A stretch of 64,000 nt of DNA, from positions 2,790,001 to 2,854,000 of the forward strand of contig NC_088858.1 in NCBI RefSeq assembly GCF_963853765.1, written 5' to 3'. This stretch comes from Magallana gigas (taxonomy: Eukaryota). The position numbers and the translations under genes are program-made. Below, piece after piece: positions 35,801 to 55,415 of the stretch. A model generated the notes under the pieces. The model saw nothing but the letters and a program-made list of their open reading frames with translations, was not told the DNA's origin and searched no databases. The first letter of the stretch is position 1; each line of letters opens with the position of its first letter.

Positions 35801-38800
35801 CTGTTCCTACACTTGGTTTTTACCTGAAGTAACTGTTCCTACACCTGGTTTTTACTTGAAGTAACTGTTCCTACACTTGGTTTTTACCTGAAGTAACTGT
35901 TCCTACACCATATATTTACCCGAAGTAACTGTTCCTACCACCTGGTTTTTACCTGAAGTAACTGTTCCTACACCTGGTTTTTACCTGAAGTAACTGTTCC
36001 TACACCTGGTTTTCCTGGCCTCTGGTTGTAGGCCCAACATCCAGCACCATAAATGGCTGCCTGAAATCAAATACACATGTATGTTACAGAGTTTCTTAAG
36101 CATACGCCATTACTCATACATTAAAAAAATTAATGTACAGGTGTGTTTTTGTTTTATATCTTGCATTCATCTGGCCTCTCCGTGACTTGGTCTGATCTAT
36201 ATACATTTACCTAGCCCTGCTATGTCTAAACTTATCTAACAACCTACTGGTCCCAGCCTCCCTGGCTGTTTCAGTGAGATCCCCCCACTAGACACTGCTG
36301 ATGCTATGTTCCCTCTGGTATCCATGACAACAGCTCCCACGGTATCCTGAACAACATCCTTCTCCTCCTGCAGGTCCTCAATCTCCTCGCTTTTGTCATC
36401 ACTCTGAATGAAAATACTGCCATTAAAAATATTCCTTATACATGTATATTGGATAAAAACTGATCTATGAAAAAATGTATATGGTCCAAAACAACCTAAA
36501 CAAGCTAAAAAAAATATTAATTCACAATCTGTAAAGAGAAAAGTGCTGTAATCTTCTCATTTCCATTTCAAATAGTTTGAGAGTTATTGTATTCCTATTT
36601 TACCTGGTGATCTATCTTTCTTTTCTTGCTGACTTTCTGGTTATGAGAGTCAAGTTTTCTTTTGTGGTTATTGTATGTTTTCTGTGATTCATCTACACAA
36701 ATCAAATTCAAAAGACAGTATAACTCAACGCCAAAGAACATTATCAACAGTCATGATAACTTGATACCAAACATCAGTCAACAGTCATGTCAACTCAATG
36801 CCAAATACCCAGTAGTCAACAGTCATGTCAACTCAATGCCAAATACCCAGAAGTCAACAGTCATGTCAACTCAATGCCAAATACCCAGAAGTCAACAGTC
36901 ATGTCAACTCAATGCCAAATACCCAGAAGTCAACAGTCATGTCAACTCAATGCCAAATACCCAGAAGTCAACAGTCATTAACTAGATGCAAAATGAAAGA
37001 GAAAGAGAACTATGTACAATTAGGGATCACTTCCAAACTATTGGTACATGCTGTACTTCTGCATATTAAAAACTTATTTTAAAACAAATCCCTGCTATTC
37101 AGACAGGAATTGGGCACTCTGATTAAAATACAGATCTCTATAATAGCAAAAAGCAGATCAAGAGATCTGAGAAGAAGGCTTACATAGGCATTGCCTGCTG
37201 CCTATTCCATTTATGTAAATGTATTTTTGCATAATAAAATATGTTCAAATCAAATCAAATCAGATCTGAGGTCTACTGTCTTGTATTAACTACACTAGTC
37301 ACCTGTTATCAGGAGTCGAGGGTCCACCTTGTGTATCCCATTAGCCACGGCCCACTGGCTGGCTCCCTCTCCCACAAGAACACTGTGCAAAGTATTCATC
37401 ATATCATATATATATATGTCCAGATAAATCCAAAGATATCCAGAATTCATCATAAGATATCTTCTGTCAGTGTAAAACCCATATGGTCCCGTTATAGAGG
37501 AAATGGTGAATTGCAGATGATAGATTACACACGTTATTTGTTCACTGCTTCTAGAGATTTGGGAAATTGAGTAATAATTGAAATTCAATACACTTGATAT
37601 GAGCAAGATGCCCCATTTGTATGTACATTTACATGTATATGGATTTCTATCAAAATGCTCTTTATCTAAACTGGAAAAAATCAGCTTATATACTTATGAT
37701 AGGATTGAGATATTGGTTTGTACCTGGGATGCAGCCTCCCCAGGGATAACTTTTCCCCAAGCTGTCTGTTGATCAACATGGCCGACACCTCTATTGGGTT
37801 CTGGACACCTTGATAAATATAAAGATCACAATTTCATGTTTACTGCCTGAAATCAGTACCTCTAGTTTGTACCTCAAGCTGGCATACTTTTTAAATCAAG
37901 CTCAATCAATGATAGAATTTTGCAATATGTCACTCATTATATTTCTTGTTTGAACATAATCAGTAATGATTTCTTACCAGAAATGGCTCCGACAGCACCA
38001 AACAGGAGTTTCTTCCCCTCCATAATGGAGGCGTCACACTCCACACAACCTCTGATGTTTAAGCTAGAGCCGCGACCCGCATTGGTTAACTTAGAGTCCT
38101 AAAAATCAGTGTTAAATAAAGAAAACTTATAACTAGTGTACATCTCATAAAATGTAATTTGAAATAACACTAAATAATTAAAAAGAAATTGTTAATCCAT
38201 GTGATTATAATGCTACAAAACTTCTATGTATCTACTTGGAAAAATGTTTTATGCAGAGAAACAGTTCCAGGGACTATGAAGTACATGTATTGTATAAAAC
38301 TGTCTTGCATGCAGTAGCCTTTATGCTATAATTTTCTTTTGTCTGTCATTTGATTTCATTTTGACTGTATGCCAACATTGTGATGTCAATAAACCATTGA
38401 AAAAGAGAATACATGTTAACTTTACATGTTATAGTTCCCTATATGAATACAAATGGTTTTGATGTGAATGTTTCATTATTAATAAATTGAAGGAACATTT
38501 AACCACATTCCCCAATCTACCAATGAAAAACTTGAGGAATACCTCTAACAGTTTGACTGCCTCGGTCACACACTCCACAGCCTCTGAGCCCTTCTCTAAC
38601 ATGTGACACAAAATTACCGCACAATAGTACAACATGACTGCCAAAATAACAGAATAACAGTCAATTCGAAAACTATAATTGATTTTCAGTAAGTTTGCTT
38701 CAACATAGAAATTGAAGGTAGTCCATTAGCTGCACATTAAGTATTTTGTAAAGGACTGATCTTGTCTATATGTTGGTGGATTTACATGCATTCTTTAAAG

Positions 38801-40635
38801 TTTTCCAATTATGAAACAAAATACATGTATGTAACCTTTAAACAAATGGATTTACACAATGTCTTGTATGCCTCCTCCTTTTGTCTAGAGTGATACCCAG
38901 CACCTGGAGAAGGAAAAAGGAAATTGACAAAAAAAGCATATCTGAGAATAATGTATCATAACGATGCATCGCTTAATTTGGTTTTTCTCGAATTGACAGA
39001 AAAGACAGGCAAAGTAATGTCTGGATGTCTTCAGTTCATGGCAATGAAAATCATTACTTTTTAAGACAATAATACTCAAAACTTGCTTTAGGAAATCATT
39101 ATAACAATTTAAAACAACTTTTCAAAAATGAGAGGCCCATGGGTCACATTGCTCATCCAAGGGCAGAGCAGTTCCTACTTTCATCTATTATATCCCTTTC
39201 TTTGTCTTCAGTTTTTTAAATGTTTACATTAAACTCTTAAATTATCTTCACTTTACACTTTACACCTATTACTAAAACTGCCTGGTCCAATTTTATATTA
39301 AATAATGTTAATGCTTTTAAACAATGGTTATGCTGAGTATGTGTATAATAATAGACATTGCAGCAGTTTTCACGGTCAATATACAGCAATATTTCAATGA
39401 GGATCGAAGTAAAGTACAAAAATTTGTTTCCAATTAAAACAAACTTGACATAAATGTACCATGTTATTTTGTCCCATATTAAAATTCGCCACCGATATCA
39501 AGCGGGTATGATTATATCATAACTTTGAATTTGCTCTAAATAAAGGTCATATTGTTTTGCAGGCAAATCAAAAATAAACATGTTTACATTTTTTCCCTAA
39601 TGTTGTAGTTGTGAGATTTGTTTACAACTGATGCATATTATGCTGGTTGAATAAACTCCATCATACATGGGACAATACCAAACGGTTCCCTTTTTCTAAA
39701 CCTGCCCATGTTGCATTTGGTTTGTTTTTAAGTGTTCCCATAAAGATCAAAGGGTGTACAGTGACTTTGAATGATGTTTGAGGTATTAAGTGTCAAGATC
39801 ATATTAGATCACACGAAAAAACTTTTTTCAGAGCATATATATATATTTCTACTTGGCCCTATACTGCCCCTACTTCACATTTACAGAGCTTTTGGATTAA
39901 TGGTGTAGAGTGACTTTATATTTTGAACCAAGTCAATGTGAAGGTCAAAGCAGATCGATCTCTTTATAATCAGTTTCAGACTAAATTATTTCCCATTTGC
40001 TTAACCGTGCTTAGGTTGTATGTTAGGGGTAATGAGATTGAATTTAAAGTTTTATGCCATCTGGAAAATTTTTAAATTATAGGTCAAGGTCAAAACAAAA
40101 TTCTCTGAAATGCTTTTCATCCTATTGTCCATTATTTAAGAGGGGCCCTTTGAGATGGTCACCATCTCAGTGTTGTCTAGTTTTTATTTACTTTGAATAT
40201 TTCTAACTTTGAAAGGAGACCTATTCTGCTGGTGTAAAAAGGCTATAACTTTTTAAGACGATTGGTTTGTATGAAAAATTAATTGTTACTATTATAGCGA
40301 AAAATTTTGACCATGCAGCTTTAAGTACATGTTAAGAAACTATAATAAATATTTTGGGCCCTACTTTTTGGAGGGGGTGTCCAAAATAAAAGTCAACCAG
40401 AAGTAATAGTCAATTAGGAATCTTAATAACTGTTTCGGTAGACAGTAAGTCATGCTCAGGTGAGCTAAAAAGAAAAAAGATCGACTAAAATTATGCACGA
40501 TTTACCAACATCAAATCACTTTCGCATTACCTTACCACTCTAGTACTAACTTTTGGTTAAATACATGTGTGAAAACAAATGTAATAACTAAGAATAAGAA
40601 ATACCACAATGAACTGCGATGACATAGTTTGCCAT
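29886..40635 (-). CDS. TASP1: Threonine aspartase 1 (Taspase-1), Ntn-hydrolase (~363-370 aa)
   Basis: Exons 40635-40605, 38903-38836, ~38593-38543 (acceptor uncertain), 38098-37978, 37808-37724, 37382-37303, 36692-36604, 36403-36248, 36060-35985, 31507-31394, 31059-30985, 30292-30219, 29957-29886. Motifs AVHCGAGYHS, TNAG.GS.LN...VECDASIMEG, autocleavage site QD/TVGAV, SSGGISLKQPGRLG, GAGCWA, TSGSGEH, LWGHTTDSLCVGYM. Confidence 0.93.
30521..30743. mobile_element. ~220-bp MITE, TA TSD, CTGT..ACAG ends
   Basis: TACTGTGAAATCATTA / TAATGATTCCACAGTA; interior rich in CCACGA/TCGTGG. Confidence 0.75.
32308..34930 (+). mobile_element. ~2.6-kb Helentron-associated non-autonomous element (HINE-type) carrying a satellite-like array
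   Basis: 5' TTTTTAGCTCACCGAGACGA; (GGCGTC)n at ~32357-32392; tandem units of ~166-177 bp at ~32400-33700; AT-rich filler at ~33780-34780; 3' subterminal IR TCGTCTCGGTGAGCT (34891-34905) followed by the hairpin GTAATC-TGT-GATTAC (34908-34922). Confidence 0.8.
33780..34780. repeat. Extreme AT-rich low-complexity tract (ATATGATAC-like)
   Basis: Direct reading; lies inside the HINE. Confidence 0.85.
35335..36010 (-). repeat. 32-bp minisatellite whose monomer is the TASP1 exon end plus splice donor
   Basis: Minus-strand monomer CCAGGTGTAGGAACAGTTACTTCAG|GTAAAAA, ~21 copies. The terminal copy is the coding end of exon 36060-35985. Decayed copies at ~34930-35335 and ~32140-32300. Confidence 0.92.
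36770..36977. repeat. 38-bp minisatellite (~5.5 copies) in a TASP1 intron
   Basis: Unit AAGTCAACAGTCATGTCAACTCAATGCCAAATACCCAG. Confidence 0.92.
37172..37261 (+). mobile_element. 5'-truncated non-LTR retroelement 3' end with (TCAAA)n tail and 9-bp TSD
   Basis: Near-identical to 63144-63228; AGATCTGAG at 37163-37171 and 37262-37270; AATAAA before the tail. Confidence 0.75.
39128..40471 (-). mobile_element. ~1.3-kb HINE-type element in TASP1 intron 1
   Basis: Minus-strand start TTTTTAGCTCACCTGAGCATG at 40471; end ...GGATGAGCAATGTGACCCATGGGCCTCT at ~39130. Confidence 0.65.
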
Positions 40636-47865
<7,230 letters not shown>

Positions 47866-48709
47866 TAGAGCTAGAAACGATGGTTGTCATCGGCGACAAT
47901 GACAGAATGACTCTCTAACACGACGCAGTGACCCCCGGGTCACTACAGCATTGCCTTGTGCCAAGTACAGAGGGATTCCCCCTCCCCTGTACGTCATAAA
48001 CAGATAAACCGTGCAATTTATTGACACTATTACAAGGACTGTGTCCTTTTTATTAAAGATGATTTCATTTCATTCTTTTATGTGTGAAGTTTGATGTATG
48101 GTTGTAAGGATATGTGTAGTGAATGGACTTTGGACCTTTATCTTATCAGATATATGACGTACACTTTGTTATATATGTACATGTATGTGTGGATTTTGTG
48201 AATGCTATTTATGAATTGTTGTAGATGGTTAATAAATAAACATGCTATGAAACATGAAATGTGAACCTTTATCAGTAACAGCTTTAGGTGATGCAAGGAC
48301 TCTAACAAGATTAAGTTGTTTAGAACATTTTCAGGTACCGGTATACAAAAACAGAAAACAGGTTGATTGTTAACAAAGGGCTTTGTAAAATTTATTCTTA
48401 ATTAGCAGTTACATGTAAAAACCCTATTTTGATGAGTACTCTATTGTTAACAAATATACGTGTAGAAAATGTTATGAAAGGGTACTGTAGATTCCTTTAG
48501 TTATTTTACGCTTAATTTACACTTAATTCTGTGATTCAACTGTTTGGCATCAGATAGCGAGAACATAAAATCGTGAATGCCAAATTTTTATCATAACTTC
48601 ATTTAGTTTACATCTGGCCAAAAAATAAAAGTGAGATACTAAAAAACACAATGTGCTTCCTGCAATTTTACATGAATATTAATTCCTCACATTTAATTAG
48701 GAATTATTA

Positions 48710-49730
48710 GGGGCCAAATATGCAAAAAAAAAAAAAAAAAGCCAAATTTTTCAACAATGTCTTCTCTACTACCACACATGTGGGGAAAAAACTAAATGCA
48801 ATGATTATAATGTCCATGAAGCCCCCTTCTAAAATTGTGAAATTTATGATCCCAGGAATAGGCCAAAGGGTGGGGCCAATACGGCCATACAGTAAAATCT
48901 TTGAAAATTTTATTGTCTACTCCCATATTTGATTGAGAAAAACTAAATGCTTAGTTATGATGTCGATGAGGCCCTCTACTAAAATTGTGAAATTCATGAC
49001 CCCTGGGTCAGTGGTTCAAGCCCTAGAGTGGGGCCAATATATTCACATGTTGAAAATGTATTGATTTTCTGTACCACCACAGTTGTGGGAGATAAGGTCT
49101 GGGCCATGCATTGTTATTATGTTAATAATGTCCTGAAGTTAAATTGTGAAATTCAATGCCTAGGCAATTGGACAGTTCTGAAGTTGAGGCTTTTTATGGG
49201 AGGGGATGGGGTTTGATAAATATGACCATACATTGGATGTGTATTTTTACTTAGGGTAATAGTAATGTTTGTCATCCATAACAATTTTAATCCCATCTTA
49301 AAAACAACATGGTAAATTATCACTTGGCAATATTGAATTAAATGTGTTCTATTTGAGGAATTTATCTACTCGTAGAAAAAAGCTGTATTCATTTTATTTG
49401 CATTATAAATGCAACGTGAATATTATTATAGATTTACTATGAAGGGTTGCAGGTCTCTTATTACCAAAAGATTAAATTTTTGGCCCCTGGAGCAAATGCA
49501 TAGATAATCCGAGATTCCTCCGACTCTTGTAGCCCCCCCCCCCTCCCCATTTTTATGAAATAATGTTTTTCAAACATCAAGTAATAAAAGTGGCCAGGGG
49601 AACAGTCACATGAGTCTCAGATTAGGGTTTTGACCCATTATGAAGCTTAAAATGCAAACATGATACTCTGACATGTTAATCTAATGGCTTTGGTACTCAG
49701 GTGATCATCAAGGCCTGTGGGCCTCTTGTT
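48710..49730 (+). mobile_element. ~1-kb HINE-type element downstream of SEC23
   Basis: Internal ~150-bp repeats (GGGCCAAT...AAAATTGTGAAATT.ATGA.CCC); 3' end CTCAGGTGATCATCAAGGCCTGTGGGCCTCTTGTT. The 5' boundary is approximate. Confidence 0.6.
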
Positions 49731-50029
49731 TATCCAAATAAATGCTATTTATGAACTTGTTGTAGATGGTTATTAATTAACATGCTATGAAACATACACT
49801 GTGTGAAATTTAGACCTTTTTCAGCACCAACTTTAGGTAACATAAGGATTCTAACAAGATTAGCTTGTTGTGATGACTGACGACCATTTTCAGTTACCAT
49901 CACTTGTCGGTATATAAAAATCAAGACTATTTTTCCTACCTTTAGGTGGAGTGTAAACAAAGAGTTCCGCGAAAATCGGTAGCAATATATGTATGTGTAG
50001 AACCACAGATTTCTGTATATTGACCCTAC

Positions 50030-50431
50030 TGTTAACAAATGTTGTAGGATACTGGTAACCTGGGAGTTACATTGACCTTATGTTGTAGGATACTGGTAAA
50101 CTGGGAGTTACCTTGACCCTATGTTGTAGAATACTGGTAACCTGGGAGTTACATTGACCCTATTGTTAACAAATGTTGTAGGATACTGGTAAACTGGGAG
50201 TTACTTTGACCTTTTGTTGTAGGATACTGGTAACCTGGGAGTTACATTGACCCTATGTTGTAGGATACTGGTAACCTGGGAGTTACATTGACCCTATTGT
50301 TAACAAATGTTGTAGGATACTGGTAAACTGGGAGTTACTTTGACCTTTTGTTGTAGGATACTGGTAACCTGGGAGTTACATTGACCCTATGTTGTAGGAT
50401 ACTGGTAACCTGGGAGTTACATTGACCCTAT
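50030..50431. repeat. ~41-bp minisatellite (~9 copies), some units carrying a TTGTTAACAAA insert
   Basis: Unit TGTTGTAGGATACTGGTAACCTGGGAGTTACATTGACCCTA. Confidence 0.92.
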
Positions 50432-52116
50432 GATGCGAGGTTTAACTGTGATTTGGCTAAATGACCTACTTTACCAGTACATGTACTATTATATAAATGA
50501 TTTTCTGCATATTTCTTTCCAACCAAAAGTCAAATTAAGAGTCAATAAATGTTTGCTCAACCACCCACAATAATTACGGGTACTCTGATGTTCAAATTTT
50601 CCACAAGCAATCCATATTGAGAAATTCACATCTCTCCATAAATATTTTCAGAGCTCAAAGCAATAGTAAATGTACACTACACAGTGATACAGTACTGTAC
50701 ATACTGTGTACTCATTGCATGTTGTCAAATCTTGCACACTATTTGTAACAGGCATTTTCTCTTCTTCACTGAACTTTAATTTTGTATATTGTCCTTTGTT
50801 CCACACCGTTCTCTTCGTGATAAACTTCACAACACACCAACAGATTTTGACAATTTTATTTCAATCATAGTGCCTGCCTTCATTATTTTCAATCCATTCA
50901 AAACAACAATCACCCCTATACTTATTTATGGCATTACATGAATAATCAATAAATAATTGTTACATAATTATTATAACAGTGAATAATCTATCACATGATC
51001 AACAATCAAAAAATATTCACTCTTGAGTATACAAAAAGAAAAAGCAACATCTACCTACAGTGTATGTTCAAAAATTAAGTACTATTTAGCAGCTTAAAGT
51101 CACGGTTGGAAAAGATAGCGATTTTTTCATTTGCAGCAAATCAACGAAAATAAACTCCGCGAGTTTTTTTCCTGCTATAAAGTAAGTATGAAGTGGAAAT
51201 TATCTGAGACATATTAATACAGTACTCGTGCCTGCATTATAGCACCTTGCATCACCTGATGCCCACAGGTAAGCGCACCCATGACTGACAAGATTTCCCT
51301 GTGGCTGAATGCCATGTACATAATTATGTAATACCTTACATCAGCTACATATATATATGTCCACAGGTAATTGTTCATGTAACCAGTAGCCAGTTTCAAA
51401 CTATTACTGATACAGAATTCATGTAATGGACGATTTCTTACAAAAATCACAACACTTCAAGTACAATACACATTCTTCTGATATTGCTTATGGTTATTTA
51501 ATCCTCACTACTCCCTAGGAAGACAGAATCTAAGAATTCTTTATATAAATGGTTGATTGTAGTCTGTTTAACTGATAGAGAAGAGGAGGATAAGTTATGT
51601 CTTTGTATGTGTCAGGAATAACTAATTATCTATAACTATCAGAATTTCGTAAAATCAATTATACACACAATGTATGTATATGTACTAGACAATCAACCAA
51701 ATCTTGAGAGGATTTCAAAAAATATCAAAATACTTCATCGAACAAGGTACCCTGGAAATATCATATCAATAAGTACATCTGCAATTACAATCTTAATTCT
51801 CAATATTCAAATCAACAAAAATAGTTTCAAAAAATGTTAACATAAACTTTTGTCAGGGATAACAAAATTAGGTTTTGTTTTCTGGAGAATTTTATCAGGT
51901 CTTTGTAGAACAGACATTTAACATTTGAATTCTGACTTTCTTGGTCTACCATGCCTATCTTTTATACATACATGTTACATTTATCTGCCATAATTTCCTA
52001 ACAAATAAACAATTAAACTAGCATAGGTATCACAAGCATTTCAACAAGGTTCTTATTCTTCATGGATTTCACCAAAGATATTAAGTGAACAATAAGCTTA
52101 GTATACATTGTAAATA

Positions 52117-52290
52117 TCGTTATCCTTAGTGTACAGTGTAGCTATTGTTATCCTTAGTGAACAGTGTAGCTATTGTTATCCTTAGTGTAAAGTGTAGCTA
52201 TCGTAATCCTTAGTGAACAGTGTAGCTATCGTTATCTTTAGTATACAGTGTAGCTATCATTATCCTTAGTGTAAAGTGTAGCTATCGTTA
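52117..52290. repeat. 28-bp minisatellite (~6 copies) downstream of the CHP1 stop
   Basis: Unit TATCCTTAGTGTACAGTGTAGCTATTGT. Confidence 0.9.
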
Positions 52291-52576
52291 GAGAATGGTA
52301 GGGCAAGGAGATAGGGAATGTTAAGTTTATATCAATAAAAGACAAATGGATTTAACAAGTATGAATTATTTCATATTAAATTGGCATGAAATTCTGACCC
52401 GTAGCAATAAAGCTTGAATAAGCCACTCATAACAATAAAACAAAGCAAATTTGTATGACAAAAACAGGTGTAAGAAAACCTGAAAGTTTATCTGCATGAC
52501 AATGAAGAAGTATGTGTAGTTTGTGTCAACCTCAGCAGGAGGAGTAGAGTCTGGGAGTAATACAGAAAGTGCAGAA

Positions 52577-55415
52577 TCAGTGCAGGAAACGGATGCTCAT
52601 CTTCTGCTCCACATCCACTCTCTCCATCGCCTGAAAAGAACCAGCAGACATCTTTGAATTAGTGGCCATATGAATTTGAGAACTATATTGACATGGACAC
52701 CAAAACAAAGTCTTCCAATTTTGGAAGACTGTCCAAACATTTTCAATTTCTTTTAAACTAGCCTCTTGAGTTGATAACTGTATCATTAAAATCATAAGAG
52801 CAGGATCATTCCAGAATAAAAGAGAAACAACTAGAATAGAACATTCAGGCAAAAAAGTTCCACATGACTCAAGTATTCAGTTTTGTAAACAATATTATCA
52901 AACTGGGACTGACCTGTACAAACTCCTCGAATGAGATTTGGTTGTCTCCGTCTGTGTCTGCCTCACTGATTGTCCTGTCCGCGATGCTGCCCAGCTAAAA
53001 CAAGTTAACGCAGCAATAAATACACTCATGCAGTAAACAAATAATCAACATTTAAGAAATAAACAACGTTATTTAGTGAACATGGCGTTATGAATAGCAA
53101 TTGCTCTGTTGGCATATTCCATGATGCGCGCTAGCGCATCATGGAAAATATGCCTGCAGAGCAGTTGCTATTCATAACGCCATGTTCACTAAGTAATCGT
53201 TGTTTATTACTTATATTTGCATTTTACCACTCGCAAATACCCTGTATTAGCCTAGACCTTGACATTTAGCTATTACATCATTTTTAATTCACATAGATTT
53301 GTTAACAGAATCAATGATATGTTATAACAGTAATTCCTGTAAAATGTTATCAAAAACATGTTTTAATATTACATGTAAGTACGTCAATTTTAATGGAGTT
53401 GGAGAAAAACTCATGATGTATCGTATAGTGGTTTAAATGTATAACGTCATGGAAAAGTATATATAACGTTACACCTTTATGACGTCATAGTATACTGACA
53501 GAGCAATTGCGATTATAGAGAAATAATTGCAGCTCCTCCGTATGGGCTTACAGTGGGAAAGAACAATAGAAATGCAAATATAAAAATGTGGGAGAAAGAC
53601 GTGTGAACAGATTAAGCTGTTTAACGTCATTACCTGTTCCTCTGAAATGTTAGCCCCCACCATCATGTGCAGCACTGACAATAGCTCATCCTTAGATATC
53701 TTGTCATCGCCATCCAAATCGTACATCCGGAAAGCAACTAAAATAAAACATGATATGGTTTATCTATTAAATCAAATCATCAAATGTAATCTTTTCCTTG
53801 CTTATTGATTAATTTCTCAATATTGACACATCCTTATGCTAAAATTAAAAAGATGGATACATAAAAAGATAGAAGTACATGAAATATACAACAGGTGATN
53901 NNNNNNNNNNNNNNNNNNNNNNNNNNNNNNNNNNNNNNNNNNNNNNNNNNNNNNNNNNNNNNNNNNNNNNNNNNNNNNNNNNNNNNNNNNNNNNNNNNNN
54001 NNNNNNNNNNNNNNNNNNNNNNNNNNNNNNNNNNNNNNNNNNNNNNNNNNNNNNNNNNNNNNNNNNNNNNNNNNNNAGCTTTTCCTCTCTTGTGTTTAGT
54101 TTATTTTTGTTCTGGTTTGATTTTGTGGGACGGAACCTTGCCAACACTCGCATGAACTGTCTAAAGTTCACTGTCTCATTGTTACTGGAAAAAGAGAATT
54201 ACATGTAATACCCTGATTCAGGTTGAAATTAATATATTAATACAGATTGCCTTATGTTAAGATCTATAACTTTAAAACTGTTTGACCAGCTTTACATCTG
54301 TCAGCACGGAAGGATAAGCAGGCTTGAAATTATGACAAAGATTAATCAGAAGTGAAAAACTGGGTCCAATTAAACTGCTGAAGACTTATACAAGGTTAAT
54401 GTTTACTTATAATGTCATCTCCCTCATTTAGTAACTATTTAATGTAATCATATGATAGAGACAATTACAATTACCTCTCAGTAAAAAATGCATGCACAAT
54501 TCTGTCTCCTAGTGGATTAATAGCTAACTCTGGTATTCTGAGGAAATCTTCTCGACTGCAACATAACAAGCATAGGTACATTAGATTAAGTTAGTAGATT
54601 ATTAGTAGATTATTCATTGCAATATTGAACATTGATATGTCTTGTTATAGAAATAAAACAACAGTGTATACAATATGTTCCATACCTTATCTAATAAAGA
54701 TAATCAAGTTAATACATGTAACATATATTATATAATCTGTAACAGTTATAATTCCGTTACTTCATCATATACCGGTACTTCTAACTTGTTTTCATTTAAG
54801 ATACATAAATCATTCTGAAGCATCAACCAAGACTATGTATCAGTATGTGTATTTGTATTTGTTTAGCACAATATAGACAAAATTATCAATTCTTTGCAAA
54901 AACTTCTGAATCACCTTCTTCTCAACTCTGTAAGGTATGTAATTAATGAACCTGAATACTGGTCAGACAGTTTATACTCTCATAGTATAATAGTATATAA
55001 CTACATATGTCCCATGAATAAATATTAATGCATCTCATATAACTATCAAAATGAACTGGAATGAAATATGTTAATGGATAGATCATTCTTAATAATTTAG
55101 AAGCAAAGTTTACATATTATTACCTTAGGCATCCAATTGCTCCTTTATCCAAACTTGTAAATCTACTGTATAAGCGTACTATTTGATTGTGGGAAACTGT
55201 AAGTATATATAGAATGTAATTTTAAGTAGATGAGTGTAACAAATAACAGTAAATATAAACATGGGTGGAATTTTTATTATAACAGATAAGCCTAAATGCA
55301 GATCAATGGTCTTCTGAGTGTAAGACCAAGTTATAAATAATTACTCACATCCAGTCTCCGATTGTATTTCGTTTAATTCCGCTTCCTGAAGCTGAATAGA
55401 TGCTCTGCTGCCCAT
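52577..55415 (-). CDS. CHP1: Calcineurin B homologous protein 1 (EF-hand, N-myristoylation motif)
   Basis: Exons 55415-55349, ~55196-55124, ~54555-54476, 54184-(gap at 54076), 53737-53634, 52994-52914, 52630-52577. Peptides MGSRAS...ETGFSHNQIVRLYSRFTSLDKG, REDFLRIPELAINPLGDRI, NFRQFMRVLARFRP, AFRMYDLDGDDKISKDELL, VEQKMSIRFLH*. Confidence 0.95.
53053..53213. mobile_element. 161-bp foldback element in CHP1 intron 5
   Basis: TAAGAAATAAACAACG... / ...CGTTGTTTATTACTTA; centre ATGATGCGCGCTAGCGCATCAT. Confidence 0.8.
53900..54076. other. Assembly gap (177 N)
   Basis: Run of N; removes the end and donor of CHP1 exon 4. Confidence 0.99.

Noticed and set aside
35335-36010. CRISPR-like regular 32-bp periodicity
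   Set aside because: Head-to-tail repeats with no unique spacers, no cas genes and a eukaryotic context: a minisatellite.
36662-37082. Three overlapping ORFs with repeated peptides
   Set aside because: Translation of the 38-bp minisatellite inside a TASP1 intron on the opposite strand.
53845-54208. ORFs containing long X runs
   Set aside because: They span the N gap; only the CHP1 exon-4 portion is real.
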